Of a stretch of DNA of 64,000 nucleotides, positions 17,174-27,500 are shown one piece after another. Made by a program: the position numbers and the translations under genes. The stretch's first letter is position 1. Each line of letters begins with the position of its first letter. The notes under the pieces were generated by a model that made no database searches, had not been told where the DNA came from, and saw only the letters and a list, made by a program, of their open reading frames with translations. This DNA comes from Gemmatimonadales bacterium (GTDB taxonomy: Bacteria; Gemmatimonadota; Gemmatimonadetes; Gemmatimonadales; GWC2-71-9). The DNA lies in contig DATJQI010000078.1 in assembly GCA_035505915.1 (NCBI GenBank), forward strand, positions 3,158 to 67,157. Reading direction: 5' to 3'.

Positions 17174-19094
17174 TCCGCGATCCGCGGACGCCCTGCCGGC
17201 GCGCGCTCCCTCCCGCGCCCCGCGCCATCCGCCGGAACGACTCCAACACCGACCGCACCGTCAGGCTCGGCTCCGCGCGCCGCCGCAGGAGGTTGAGTCC
17301 CCAGGGGAGATCGAAGCCGACCAGCGGCATCGCGACGGTGCCGGCGGGAGGACGGCGGCGGTGCGACCGGAAGCCCAGGCACCACCCCTTGCCGTGCGCC
17401 ACCATCGCCCAGACCGCCTGCAAACCGTCATAGGTCCCCTCGATGCGCGGGGTCAGCCCGAGCTCCTGCAGCCGATCCAGCACCCGGTCGTAGAAGGCGG
17501 GATGGAAGGACCGTGCCATGAACAGGAACGGCTCGTGGGCGAGCTCCGCGGGCTTCACCCGACGCCGCCGGGCCAAGGGGTGGCCCGGCGCCAGGAGAAC
17601 CGTCTGCAATCGATCGTGGTGAACGGGCTCGGCGATCAAGTCGGCGTACACGGCTCCGGGATAGGCGTGCGCCAGGCCCAGATCGATGTCCCCGCGGACG
17701 ATGGCCCGCGCCTGCAGGGGCGTGGCGACCTCCTCGATCGCGATGTGGACGTGCGGGTGGCGTGCCGCGCAATCGGCCAGGACGGCGGTGAGGAGCTCGC
17801 CGGTGGCGGCGGTGGCGACCGCCCCGATGGCGCAATGCCCTTCCATGCCGCGCCGCGCCCGGGTGGTATCGAGGACGATCTGCTCCAGCGCGGTCAAGAG
17901 GCCGGGGCATTCTCCGGCCAGGGAGCTCCCCGCAGGCGTCAGGAGCACGCCGCGGGCCGAGCGCTCGAGGAGCGGCACACCGACGGCGACCTCCAACTCG
18001 CGCAACTGTCGGGACAAGGCCGGCTGGGTGACGCCGAGGCGCTCGGCGGCCCGGCCGATGGTCTGGGACGCGGCGACTTCGAGCAAGGCCCGGAGGTGGC
18101 GAATCTCGATCACCGGCGGCACCCCCCCTGGGAGGGCTTGGCCCGGCGCGGATGGGTGCGGGGCCGGCGGGAGCCGGGGCTCGCGCCCCACCAGGGAGTC
18201 GGGACGCGCACGGACGACGTCGAAGATCCGTTGCAATACCCGTCGGACCACGGGCCGCCGTTCCTCCCGCCGCCAGAGGGCGGCCGCGCGCACCACGGGA
18301 GCGCCGTCCGCGAGGGGCACCACCGCGGTTCCCTGCGGCGGCGAGACGGAACGGGCCCGGCCGATGAGCGACCACCCGCGCCCGGCCGACACGGCCAGGT
18401 GGCCGTCCCGCAATCCGGCGTCGATCACCAGAAGGGGTGACCGCAGGCCGCCGCGCCGCAACGCGACCATGATCTGGTCGAGTGAGGCGGCGGAGAGCGC
18501 CCGCTGTGGAATGACCAGGGGATACTCCCCGAGATCCGCGATGCGCAGGCGCCGGTGGGACGCCAGCGGGTGGCCGAGCGACAGGATCACGTGATCGAGA
18601 TGCTCGTCCCAGAGGGGCTCGGCGACCAGGCCGACCACCTCCGGCGTGGCCATGGCCAGCGCGACGTCGATGGTGCCCACCTGCAGCTGCTCCAACACGT
18701 CGGGGGGATCGAGATCCTGCACCACCAGCGTGATCTCGGGATCCTCGCGACGGAGCACGTCTTCGACGGCCGCGGGCACGCCCGCGGCGATCACCGTCAA
18801 CATGGCGCCGAGGATCACACGTCCCCGCTGTCCCTGCGCGGTGGCCCGCGACCGCTCGAGCGCGAACCCCAGCGCGGCCAGCACGCCGGCGGCGCCGCGG
18901 GCGAACGCCTCCCCCGCCAGGGTGGGGACCACGCCCTTGGAATGTCGGTCGAGGAGGGGGACGCCAAGGTCGCGTTCCAGCTCGCGGATCTGGCGGGAGA
19001 GGGCGGGCTGGGCCACGCGCAAACGGGCGGCGGCGCGGGAGAGACTCCGCGCTTCGGCAATGCCGACGAAGGTCCGCAGATCTCGCAGGTACAT
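17157..19094 (-). CDS. Tandem-fused LysR-type transcriptional regulator (two complete HTH plus effector-domain units in one ORF)
   Basis: Unit 1: MYLRDLRTFVGIAEARSLSRAAARLRVAQPALSRQIRELE... Unit 2: IEIRHLRALLEVAASQTIGRAAERLGVTQPALSRQLRELE... The units are joined by a Pro-rich linker of about 33 aa with no stop. An internal GTG at 18113 could also start unit 2 alone. Confidence 0.75.
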   Translation of the reverse strand: MYLRDLRTFVGIAEARSLSRAAARLRVAQPALSRQIRELERDLGVPLLDRHSKGVVPTLAGEAFARGAAGVLAALGFALERSRATAQGQRGRVILGAMLTVIAAGVPAAVEDVLRREDPEITLVVQDLDPPDVLEQLQVGTIDVALAMATPEVVGLVAEPLWDEHLDHVILSLGHPLASHRRLRIADLGEYPLVIPQRALSAASLDQIMVALRRGGLRSPLLVIDAGLRDGHLAVSAGRGWSLIGRARSVSPPQGTAVVPLADGAPVVRAAALWRREERRPVVRRVLQRIFDVVRARPDSLVGREPRLPPAPHPSAPGQALPGGVPPVIEIRHLRALLEVAASQTIGRAAERLGVTQPALSRQLRELEVAVGVPLLERSARGVLLTPAGSSLAGECPGLLTALEQIVLDTTRARRGMEGHCAIGAVATAATGELLTAVLADCAARHPHVHIAIEEVATPLQARAIVRGDIDLGLAHAYPGAVYADLIAEPVHHDRLQTVLLAPGHPLARRRRVKPAELAHEPFLFMARSFHPAFYDRVLDRLQELGLTPRIEGTYDGLQAVWAMVAHGKGWCLGFRSHRRRPPAGTVAMPLVGFDLPWGLNLLRRRAEPSLTVRSVLESFRRMARGAGGSARRQGVRGSRIRTDT

Positions 19095-19225
19095 CCCCGT
19101 CCCCCGCCATGCGTCTACGGCATCGAACTCCAAGCGGATCGGCATTTCAGTCCCGGCATCCGCCCGACTACGATCCGATGCGATCGCTGGCTGTGAACCC
19201 GAAGGCGTGGAGTGACCATACGGTG

Positions 19226-19858
19226 ATGGAATCCGAACCGCTAGAGGCCGCGCAGCCGAAGCTGCACCTCGAGGCGCTGCGGGCGGTGGCCCAGACCGCC
19301 AGCCGGGCCGCGGCCGGCGGCATGACCCGGGCCCTCCGCCGCCGGGTCACCGTGGCCGTTCCCGAGTTCGCGCTCGCGCGGGCGGACCAGCTTCCCGCCG
19401 TCTTGGGCCATGGAGATCAGCCGGTCGTAGCCGTGTCGGTGCAGTTCCTGGGCGATCTGTCCGGTTCCCTCCTCTGGATCATGGCCTCGGCCGATGCCCG
19501 ACGGATGGGCGGGGCCCTTCTCGACCAGCCAGACACATCGGCGCCACCGGGGGACGAGGAGATACGGGCCGTCTTGATGAAGGGCGTTCACATCATGGCC
19601 GCCGCGTACGCCGAGGTCCTCTCTTCGCTCACGACCGGCGTCGTGTTCCTGTCCGTGCCTGAGCTGACGGTCGGGTCCGCGAGCGTCGTCCTGTCTCATA
19701 CGCCCGGCCCCGGGCTCCCCGGCCACCGACCACGGCCGAGCATTTGTGTGGGATCCCGCCTGAGCTTCGACGATCGGGGGGTCGTCGCGATGGGGCACGT
19801 CGTGCTGATGCCGCATCACCCGGCCTTCGACCGCATTCTCCGCGCCCTGCCCGCGTGA
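19226..19858 (+). CDS. CheC/CheX-like domain protein (degenerate motifs)
   Basis: Two internally similar halves: LEALRAVAQTASRAAAGGMTRAL...VPE and EEIRAVLMKGVHIMAAAYAEVLSSL...VPE. They resemble the E-x2-N...P repeats of CheC, with Asn replaced. Start at ATG 19226 (GGAG upstream). Confidence 0.35.
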   Translation: MESEPLEAAQPKLHLEALRAVAQTASRAAAGGMTRALRRRVTVAVPEFALARADQLPAVLGHGDQPVVAVSVQFLGDLSGSLLWIMASADARRMGGALLDQPDTSAPPGDEEIRAVLMKGVHIMAAAYAEVLSSLTTGVVFLSVPELTVGSASVVLSHTPGPGLPGHRPRPSICVGSRLSFDDRGVVAMGHVVLMPHHPAFDRILRALPA

Positions 19859-21516
19859 TGGGCGATCTCACCGCCTCCTCCCGCCCCGCGGGGGTCCGCG
19901 CGCGCGCACAGATGGCCATCGCCGCCGTGCGCCGGTGGCTGGCTCCGCGTGGCGGGTCGGGGTCGGCCGCGAACGGGGTCTCGGAAGTGCGGTACGGGGC
20001 GGCGTTCGAGCAGGTGGCGATCGGGCTCGCCGAGGTCGCCCTGGACGGCCGCATGCTGCGGGTCAACCGGTATCTGTGCGAGCGCCTGGGATACACCGCC
20101 GACGAGCTGCGCTCCCGCAACGTGCTGGATCTCACCCACCCCGACGACCTGGAGGAGACCCGGAGTTATCTCCGGGAGGCGCCGACCTGGGAGAAGGCCT
20201 ACCGCCGGGAGAAGCGCTATCTCCGGAAGGACGGGACGTGCCTCTGGACGCAGCTCACCGCCTGCGTCGTGCAGCCCCCCGACGCCGGGCCGAAATTCTT
20301 CATCGCCGTCATCGAAGATCTGTCGGAGCGGAAGCGGCTCGAGGCCCAGCTGCTGCACGCCCAGAAGCTCGAGGCGGTGGGTCAGCTCGCGGGGGGTGTG
20401 GCGCACGATTTCTCAAATCTCATCGGGGCGATCATGGGGTACGCGCAGCTCGTCGAGCGCTCCCTGGCGATCGAGGATCCGCGCCGCGCGGATGTCGCCG
20501 AGATACGGCGGGCCGGGCAGCGCGCGGCCTCCCTCATTCACCAGCTACTCACGTTCGCCCGGCGGCAGGAGACTCAACCGCAGCTCGCCGACCCCAACCT
20601 GCTGCTCCGGAACGTGGAACGGCTGGTGACGCGCGTACTGGGGAGCGACGTCCGGCTCGACTGGAACCTGGCCGCCGGGCTTCCCGCCATCCGGGTCGAC
20701 GCCGGGCAGTTCGAGCAAGTGATCCTGAACCTCGCCATCAACGCCCGGGACGCGATGCCGGAAGGCGGGACGCTCACCGTCGAGACCTCGGTGGTGGACG
20801 TGGATCGTGGCCACATCAGCCGCCACCAGGGTGCCCGACTGGGACCGCACGTCGTGGTCACCGTGAGCGACACCGGGACCGGCATGGCGCCGGACGTACT
20901 GGCGCGCGTATTCGAGCCGTTCTTCACCACCAAGGGTCCGGACAAAGGCACCGGTCTCGGCCTCGCGATCTGCTACGGCATCGTCAAGCAAGCCGGCGGC
21001 AATGTCTGGGTCTACTCGGAGCCGGGCCGCGGAACCACGTTCCGGCTGTACTTTCCCGCGATCCGTGAGCCGGTGGGCGACGCGCCGCCGGTCGAGGCCG
21101 ACGAAGAGCTCCCCCGGGGGGACGAGACCATCCTCGTGGTCGAAGACGATCCGCAGATGCGGGAGCTGGCGGCCCGGGTCCTCGTGGATTGCGGATACGC
21201 CGTGCGTGCCGTTTCCAGCGCGGAGGCGGCCCTGCGGGACTGGGAAACCCCGCGGCGGCCTGATCTCCTGCTCACGGACCTGGTGATGCCTGGAATGAAT
21301 GGATTCCGCCTGGCGCGGGACCTGCGGGCCCGCTGCCCGGAGCTTCCGGTCCTCTGTATGACCGGCCAGTCGGACCGGGTCGCCAGACGGCGCCGGGAGG
21401 AGGGGCTCTTTCCCCTGCTTCCCAAGCCGTTCACCGCGCTGGCCCTGGCCCGCGCGGTTCGCGCGTGTCTGGACCGGCAGGCGCTCCCTGATCCGTTGAT
21501 CGGCGATGGCTTATGA
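19858..21516 (+). CDS. PAS-domain hybrid histidine kinase with receiver
   Basis: TGATG overlap with the upstream gene. PAS block, H-box [34 protein letters not shown], receiver ILVVEDDP...DLLLTDLVMPGMNG...PKPF. Confidence 0.85.
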   Translation: MGDLTASSRPAGVRARAQMAIAAVRRWLAPRGGSGSAANGVSEVRYGAAFEQVAIGLAEVALDGRMLRVNRYLCERLGYTADELRSRNVLDLTHPDDLEETRSYLREAPTWEKAYRREKRYLRKDGTCLWTQLTACVVQPPDAGPKFFIAVIEDLSERKRLEAQLLHAQKLEAVGQLAGGVAHDFSNLIGAIMGYAQLVERSLAIEDPRRADVAEIRRAGQRAASLIHQLLTFARRQETQPQLADPNLLLRNVERLVTRVLGSDVRLDWNLAAGLPAIRVDAGQFEQVILNLAINARDAMPEGGTLTVETSVVDVDRGHISRHQGARLGPHVVVTVSDTGTGMAPDVLARVFEPFFTTKGPDKGTGLGLAICYGIVKQAGGNVWVYSEPGRGTTFRLYFPAIREPVGDAPPVEADEELPRGDETILVVEDDPQMRELAARVLVDCGYAVRAVSSAEAALRDWETPRRPDLLLTDLVMPGMNGFRLARDLRARCPELPVLCMTGQSDRVARRRREEGLFPLLPKPFTALALARAVRACLDRQALPDPLIGDGL

Positions 21517-21546
21517 TTCCTCCACCAACACCTGCGGGAGGACGCT

Positions 21547-22128
21547 GTGCAGAGGCCGGTCACGTTACTCGCGCTGATGGCGCTCGTGGCGCAGCCCCTG
21601 ACCCGGGCGGCGGCCCAGCACGACTCGACGAGTGAGTCGGAGGAACACGTCTTTCACGGGCGGACGTTCTTCCCCGGCAAGGGCGCCGGCTGGACCTTCG
21701 GCTACCCCTCCGTCGACGTCAACGTCGGGCTGTACTCCACCAGGACGCCGGCGGACTCGACCTACAACAAGGCGTTCCTCCGCGCCCACGTGGCGATGAA
21801 CACCGGCATTCCCCACGTCGCCGTCTCCGCGGATGTGAACTGGATTCCCGCCGTCGGCACCACACCGGTGGTGTCGTTCGTGGGGCAGATCGACCCGCTC
21901 AGCCGGGAGAGTGACTTCTACGCCAGCGTCGGCGCCGGTCTGATCACCGGGCACGCCGCCACCGACAAGTTCGTGGGCTGGGCCCAGGCCGTGGTGGCCT
22001 ACCGGACCTCGATCCACGAGCTGACGCCCTTCGTGCAGGCCGGGCACGCGCTCAACAGCGGGCGGAAGTTCGAGCTCCTCTTCGGTATCGCGCATCCGAT
22101 CGCGCCGTATCTGTTCCACGTTCCCTGA
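21547..22128 (+). CDS. Secreted hypothetical protein
   Basis: Signal peptide MQRPVTLLALMALVAQPLTRAAAQ. RBS GGGAGGA. No family recognised. Confidence 0.5.
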   Translation: MQRPVTLLALMALVAQPLTRAAAQHDSTSESEEHVFHGRTFFPGKGAGWTFGYPSVDVNVGLYSTRTPADSTYNKAFLRAHVAMNTGIPHVAVSADVNWIPAVGTTPVVSFVGQIDPLSRESDFYASVGAGLITGHAATDKFVGWAQAVVAYRTSIHELTPFVQAGHALNSGRKFELLFGIAHPIAPYLFHVP

Positions 22129-22131
22129 GTC

Positions 22132-22992
22132 ATGCCCGAATCTCCCATTGTGACCCACGTCTCCGACACCGCCCGCTGGGTGGCGATGTATCGCGCGTAC
22201 GAAACCGAGCGCCCGGACGCGATCTTCAAGGATCCGTACGCCCGGCGGCTCGCGGGGCCGGTGGGAGAGCGGATCGTGGCGGCGCTGGGCGGCACCAAGG
22301 CGGCCTGGCCGATGATCGTCCGCACCGCCGTGTTGGACGAGATCATTCTCCGCATGGTGCGGGACGGCGCGGACACGGTGCTGAATCTCGCGGCGGGCCT
22401 CGATACGCGGCCCTGGCGGCTCGACCTGCCCGCGTCCCTGACGTGGGTGGATGTGGACTACCCGGCGATGCAGGAGTACAAGCGGGACGGGATGCGGGGC
22501 GAGACCCCGCGCTGCCGCGTCGAATGGGCCGCCGTCGACCTGGCCGACCGCGCGGCCCGGCAGGCGCTCTTCGCGCGCGTCGGCGCGGGGGCGCGCCGGG
22601 CCCTGGTCGTGTCCGAGGGGCTCCTGGTCTACCTCGATGCCGACACGGTCCGGGGGCTCGCCGCGGATCTCCACGCGCCGCCCTCCTTCCGGCACTGGCT
22701 GATCGACCTCGCGTCTCCTCAGCTCCTCCAGTGGCTCAACCGGCGGAACCTGGGCCGCGCCACCGCGGCGGGAGGCGCGCCGATGAAGTTCGGCCCGCCG
22801 GAGGGGACGGCGTTCTTCCGTCCCACGGGCTGGCGGGAGATCGAATGGCGCTCGACCGGCGAGGAGGGGCACCGCCTGGGACGGGAGATGGCGATGGCGT
22901 GGCTGTGGCGGATGTTCTGGCTCGTCTCCACGGAGGCCCGGCGCGAGCGGTGGCGGCGGTTCTCGGGGTACGCCCTGCTCGAGCGCACGTAG
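22132..22992 (+). CDS. Class I SAM-dependent methyltransferase (leucine carboxyl / O-methyltransferase-like)
   Basis: SDTARWVAMYRAYETERPDAIFKDPYARRLAG...VLNLAAGLDTRPWRL...VVSEGLLVYL. Confidence 0.75.
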   Translation: MPESPIVTHVSDTARWVAMYRAYETERPDAIFKDPYARRLAGPVGERIVAALGGTKAAWPMIVRTAVLDEIILRMVRDGADTVLNLAAGLDTRPWRLDLPASLTWVDVDYPAMQEYKRDGMRGETPRCRVEWAAVDLADRAARQALFARVGAGARRALVVSEGLLVYLDADTVRGLAADLHAPPSFRHWLIDLASPQLLQWLNRRNLGRATAAGGAPMKFGPPEGTAFFRPTGWREIEWRSTGEEGHRLGREMAMAWLWRMFWLVSTEARRERWRRFSGYALLERT

Positions 22993-23019
22993 CGACCGTC
23001 GTGGATTGCCCCCCCCGGC

Positions 23020-23038
23020 GCCGCCGGTAGATTCCCCC
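23020..23038 (+). promoter_or_regulatory. Second copy of promoter-like 19-mer GCCGCCGGTAGATTCCCCC
   Basis: Identical to 4202-4220. TTGCCC lies 16 bp upstream of TAGATT. GAGG RBS and ATG 23067 lie downstream. Confidence 0.4.
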
Positions 23039-23066
23039 GGTCCCCTTTCCCGCAACCGAGGTCTCC

Positions 23067-23897
23067 ATGCATTCAGCTCGTGTCGCACCCCTGTTCGTCG
23101 CCGCGCTGCTGGTCGTCTCGTGTGAGCGGAAGCCGGCCGCGCCCGCCGCGCAGACCTCGGCGAATCCGCTGCGCATCATCACCACCGATTTCGCGTTCTC
23201 GAGCCCCGACACCGTGCCGGCCGGGCTGACCAACATCGTGATGGTGAATCAGGGGAAGGACCCGCATCAGGCGGTGGTCTTCCGCATCGACTCGAACAAG
23301 ACCCTGGCCGAGGTGCAGGCGGGCCTGATGGGCGCCACGATCCCCACGTGGATCACGGTGTTCGGCGGACCCAACGGCGCGATGCCCGGGGACAGCGCGA
23401 TGACGACGACGCCGCTCACCCCCGGCAACTATATGCTGGTGTGCTTCCTGAACGGCGCGGACGGCAAGCCCCACATCGCGAAGGGGATGATCAAGTCCTT
23501 CGTCGTGACGCCGGCGGGCACGGCGATGGCCATGCCGGCCGCGGACATCACCATTTCCACCAAGGACTTCGCCTTCGAGGTGTCCCCGGCCATCACCGCC
23601 GGCACCCATACCATCCGGATGGTGAACAACGGTCCCCAGCTCCACGAAATCGCCGTGATGAAGCTCGTTCCGGGCGCGACGATGGCGAAGGTGCAGGCCT
23701 GGATGCAGAGCAACATGGCGGGTCCGCCGCCCCTCATCCCGGTGGGAGGCATCGCGGGGTTGTCGGTGGGGCAGACGGCCAACTTCACCGCCACGTTCGG
23801 CGCGGGCGATTATCTCCTGCTGTGCTTCGTGCCGGACGCGAAGGACGGGAAGCCGCACGTGGCCCACGGCATGATGATGCCGTTCAAGATCAGCTGA
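23067..23897 (+). CDS. Lipoprotein with two tandem cupredoxin-like (type-1 copper-like) domains
   Basis: Lipobox LLVVSC. Two repeats each carry His...Cys-x8-His-x4-Met: PHQ...VCFLNGADGKPHIAKGM and LHE...LCFVPDAKDGKPHVAHGM. Confidence 0.6.
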   Translation: MHSARVAPLFVAALLVVSCERKPAAPAAQTSANPLRIITTDFAFSSPDTVPAGLTNIVMVNQGKDPHQAVVFRIDSNKTLAEVQAGLMGATIPTWITVFGGPNGAMPGDSAMTTTPLTPGNYMLVCFLNGADGKPHIAKGMIKSFVVTPAGTAMAMPAADITISTKDFAFEVSPAITAGTHTIRMVNNGPQLHEIAVMKLVPGATMAKVQAWMQSNMAGPPPLIPVGGIAGLSVGQTANFTATFGAGDYLLLCFVPDAKDGKPHVAHGMMMPFKIS

Positions 23898-23898
23898 G

Positions 23899-24522
23899 CT
23901 AGAACAAGGCGAGCTGGCACACCGGCTGGAAGCTCTGCCGGTGGTGCCGGGTGGGACCAAGGGCCGCGACGGCCGCGAGATGATCCGCGGTCGCGTAGCC
24001 CTTGTTGTTTTCCCAGGCATACCCCGGATGCCGCGTGGCGAGGCGCGCCATCAGGAGGTCCCGGACCGTCTTGGCGACGATCGACGCGGCCGCGATGGAA
24101 GAGCAGCGGGCGTCCCCGTCCACGATGGCCCGGTGGGGCCGGCCCAGCTCGGGACAGGGCAGGCCGTCGATCAGGATGTCGGTGGGGTCGACGCCCAGCC
24201 GGGCGAGCGCCCGACGCATGGCGATGATGGTGGCCCGGCGGATGTTCCACCGGTCGATTTCGAAGACGCTGGCGGCCCCCACGCCGACGGCGCGGGCCCG
24301 GGCGCGGATCTCCACGGCCAGACGGGCGCGGGCCTTCGCGGTGAGCACCTTGGAGTCGTTCAGCCCGCGGATGGGTTTCTGGTCCGGATAAAAGACGACG
24401 GCCGCGGCCACCACCGGTCCGGCCAGGGGGCCACGGCCGACTTCGTCGATGCCGGCGACGATCAACCGCCCCTCACGCCAGAGCGCGCGTTCGCGCTCGA
24501 GCGAGGGGCGGCGGCCGCTCAC
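23899..24522 (-). CDS. rnhB: Ribonuclease HII
   Basis: [20 protein letters not shown]...[12 protein letters not shown]...[13 protein letters not shown] start in a GTGA overlap with the rplS stop. Confidence 0.85.
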   Translation of the reverse strand: MSGRRPSLERERALWREGRLIVAGIDEVGRGPLAGPVVAAAVVFYPDQKPIRGLNDSKVLTAKARARLAVEIRARARAVGVGAASVFEIDRWNIRRATIIAMRRALARLGVDPTDILIDGLPCPELGRPHRAIVDGDARCSSIAAASIVAKTVRDLLMARLATRHPGYAWENNKGYATADHLAAVAALGPTRHHRQSFQPVCQLALF

Positions 24523-24893
24523 GCTTGCGGCTGCTCCGCGGCGGTCTGGTCGCCGCGCTTCTCGCGGATCCGGGCCGCTTTGCCGGCGAGCCGGCGCAGG
24601 AAGTACAGCTTGGCCCGCCGCACCCGGCCCTGGCGCACCATCTCGATCTGGGAAATGGACGGCGAGTGGAGCGGGAAGATCCGCTCGACGCCGACGCCGG
24701 CCGAAATCTTCCGGACCGTGAAGGTCTCGTTGATCCCGCCGCCGCGGCGCGCGATGCACACGCCCTCGAAGGCCTGCAGCCGCTCCTTTTCCCCTTCCCG
24801 CACGCGGACCATCACGCGGACGGTATCACCCGGGTCGAAGGCCGGGATGTCGGTCTTCAGGCCTTCTCGTTCGATCGCTCTGAGTCTCTCCAT
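24519..24893 (-). CDS. rplS: 50S ribosomal protein L19
   Basis: [53 protein letters not shown]... Confidence 0.9.
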   Translation of the reverse strand: MERLRAIEREGLKTDIPAFDPGDTVRVMVRVREGEKERLQAFEGVCIARRGGGINETFTVRKISAGVGVERIFPLHSPSISQIEMVRQGRVRRAKLYFLRRLAGKAARIREKRGDQTAAEQPQA

Positions 24894-24921
24894 ACCTGCT
24901 CCCGTTTTTCTGAAGGGCAAC

Positions 24922-25611
24922 CTACGCGTCTCGATGTCTCCGCCACAAGTCGGGCCGTCGCGCGCGCGTCAGCCGTTCGGCCTCCGCGGCGCGCCAGTCC
25001 GCGATCTTCTTATGATCCCCGCCGAGCAACACCGGCGGGACCGCCATTCCCCGATATTCCGGAGGCCGCGTATACGAGGGCGGCGCCAGCAGGCCGTCGT
25101 AGTGCGAATCCCCCGCGGCCGACTCGTGATCCCCCAGCGCCCCCGGCAGGAGCCGGACCACCGCGTCCACCAGGCAGAGCGCCGCCGGCTCGCCCCCGGT
25201 CAGCACGGCATCGCCGACCGATACTTCCTCGGTGGCCAGTCCCTCGGCCACGCGCTGATCCACGTCCTTGTAGTGCCCGCACAGCACCGTGATCTCGGAC
25301 CCCAGGGACCACCGGACCGCGTCGTCGTGGGCCAAGGGCTTGCCCCGGGCCGACATCAGGATCACCGGCGTCCCGGCCGGGGAGGCGAGGTCGTCGACCG
25401 CCTCGAAGAACGGCTCCGGCTTGAGCACCATGCCGGCCCCGCCCCCGTAGGGCGTGTCGTCCACGGTGCGATGCCGGTCATGGGTGTAGTCCCGGAGCTG
25501 CACCACCCGGAACGTCACGAGCCCCGCACCCGCCGCGCGCCCCAGGATGCTCGCGCCGAGGGCTCCACGGAACATCTCGGGAAAGAGGGTGACGATGTTG
25601 ACCGTCAGCAT
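24922..25611 (-). CDS. trmD: tRNA (guanine37-N1)-methyltransferase
   Basis: [26 protein letters not shown]...[14 protein letters not shown]... Confidence 0.9.
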   Translation of the reverse strand: MLTVNIVTLFPEMFRGALGASILGRAAGAGLVTFRVVQLRDYTHDRHRTVDDTPYGGGAGMVLKPEPFFEAVDDLASPAGTPVILMSARGKPLAHDDAVRWSLGSEITVLCGHYKDVDQRVAEGLATEEVSVGDAVLTGGEPAALCLVDAVVRLLPGALGDHESAAGDSHYDGLLAPPSYTRPPEYRGMAVPPVLLGGDHKKIADWRAAEAERLTRARRPDLWRRHRDA

Positions 25612-25614
25612 CCC

Positions 25615-25959
25615 TTACCCCTCATCCTCCAGCGCCAGGTACTGGCCCCGCCACTCCGCCACCGCCGCCCGGGAGCTCACCCCTTCGAATCCCAGGAGCC
25701 ATTCCCGGTGATAGGCCCGGCGCCGCCCGAGAATCAGCGGTCCCGCCAGGACCTTCCGCGTTTCATCGACGACGAACGCCCTCGCCTTCGGCACCAGCAG
25801 GGTTCCCGGATCCGCCACCAGCGGGAAGATCGCCACTTCCCCCTTCTCCCCGTGCGGTTTGCGGATCCGCGCGATTACGCGGGGCGTGCGCCGAACACTC
25901 CCGCCCGCTTGAGCAGAGAGCGCACCGTGTCGGTCGGCGTCGCGCCCTTGGCGATCCAC
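25615..25959 (-). CDS. rimM: RimM-like 16S rRNA processing protein, N-terminal domain only; start uncertain
   Basis: VIARIRKPHGEKGEVAIFPL...LLGFEGVSSRAAVAEWRGQYLAL matches the RimM N-domain pattern. No PRC-barrel-like C-terminal half. The only canonical start (GTG 25959) overlaps rpsP by 85 nt. Confidence 0.55.
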   Translation of the reverse strand: MDRQGRDADRHGALSAQAGGSVRRTPRVIARIRKPHGEKGEVAIFPLVADPGTLLVPKARAFVVDETRKVLAGPLILGRRRAYHREWLLGFEGVSSRAAVAEWRGQYLALEDEG

Positions 25960-26132
25960 GCCTGCGCCTGCTCGGTGTTCACCTGCAGGGTGGCGGGCTT
26001 GGTCTTGGGATTGTAGTGCCCCAGGGTGGCCACGAACCGACCGTCCCGCGGGGACTCCTGGTCGGCCACCACGATCCGGAAGTGCGCCTCGCCCTTCCGC
26101 CCCATCCGCCGCAATCTGATTCGAGTCGCCAT
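25875..26132 (-). CDS. rpsP: 30S ribosomal protein S16
   Basis: MATRIRLRRMGRKGEAHFRIVVADQESPRDGRFVATLGHYNP... Confidence 0.9.
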   Translation of the reverse strand: MATRIRLRRMGRKGEAHFRIVVADQESPRDGRFVATLGHYNPKTKPATLQVNTEQAQAWIAKGATPTDTVRSLLKRAGVFGARPA

Positions 26133-26139
26133 ACGATCC

Positions 26140-27441
<1,302 letters not shown>

Positions 27442-27500
27442 AAGCCTTACAAATTACTTAGCGAGTTGCCCGAAACCAAGTGGGGGGTTATCTCGGGGCC

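Noticed and set aside
19095-19225. LysR autoregulatory T-N11-A box in the LysR / CheC-like divergent region.
   Set aside because: I found only weak, imperfect partial dyads (for example around ATCCGATGCGATCG). None is convincing enough to call.
23899-24759. Longer rnhB (286 aa) and longer versions of several genes (24920 rplS, 27480 DUF445, 31627 pilD, 34353 PNP, 36994 add, 52586, 53449, 54036, 58367, 59473, 60114, 60986).
   Set aside because: The extended N-termini overlap the upstream gene extensively and are Arg/Pro/Gly-rich. Shorter starts coincide with ATGA/GTGA/TGATG junctions or with RBS-like sequences.
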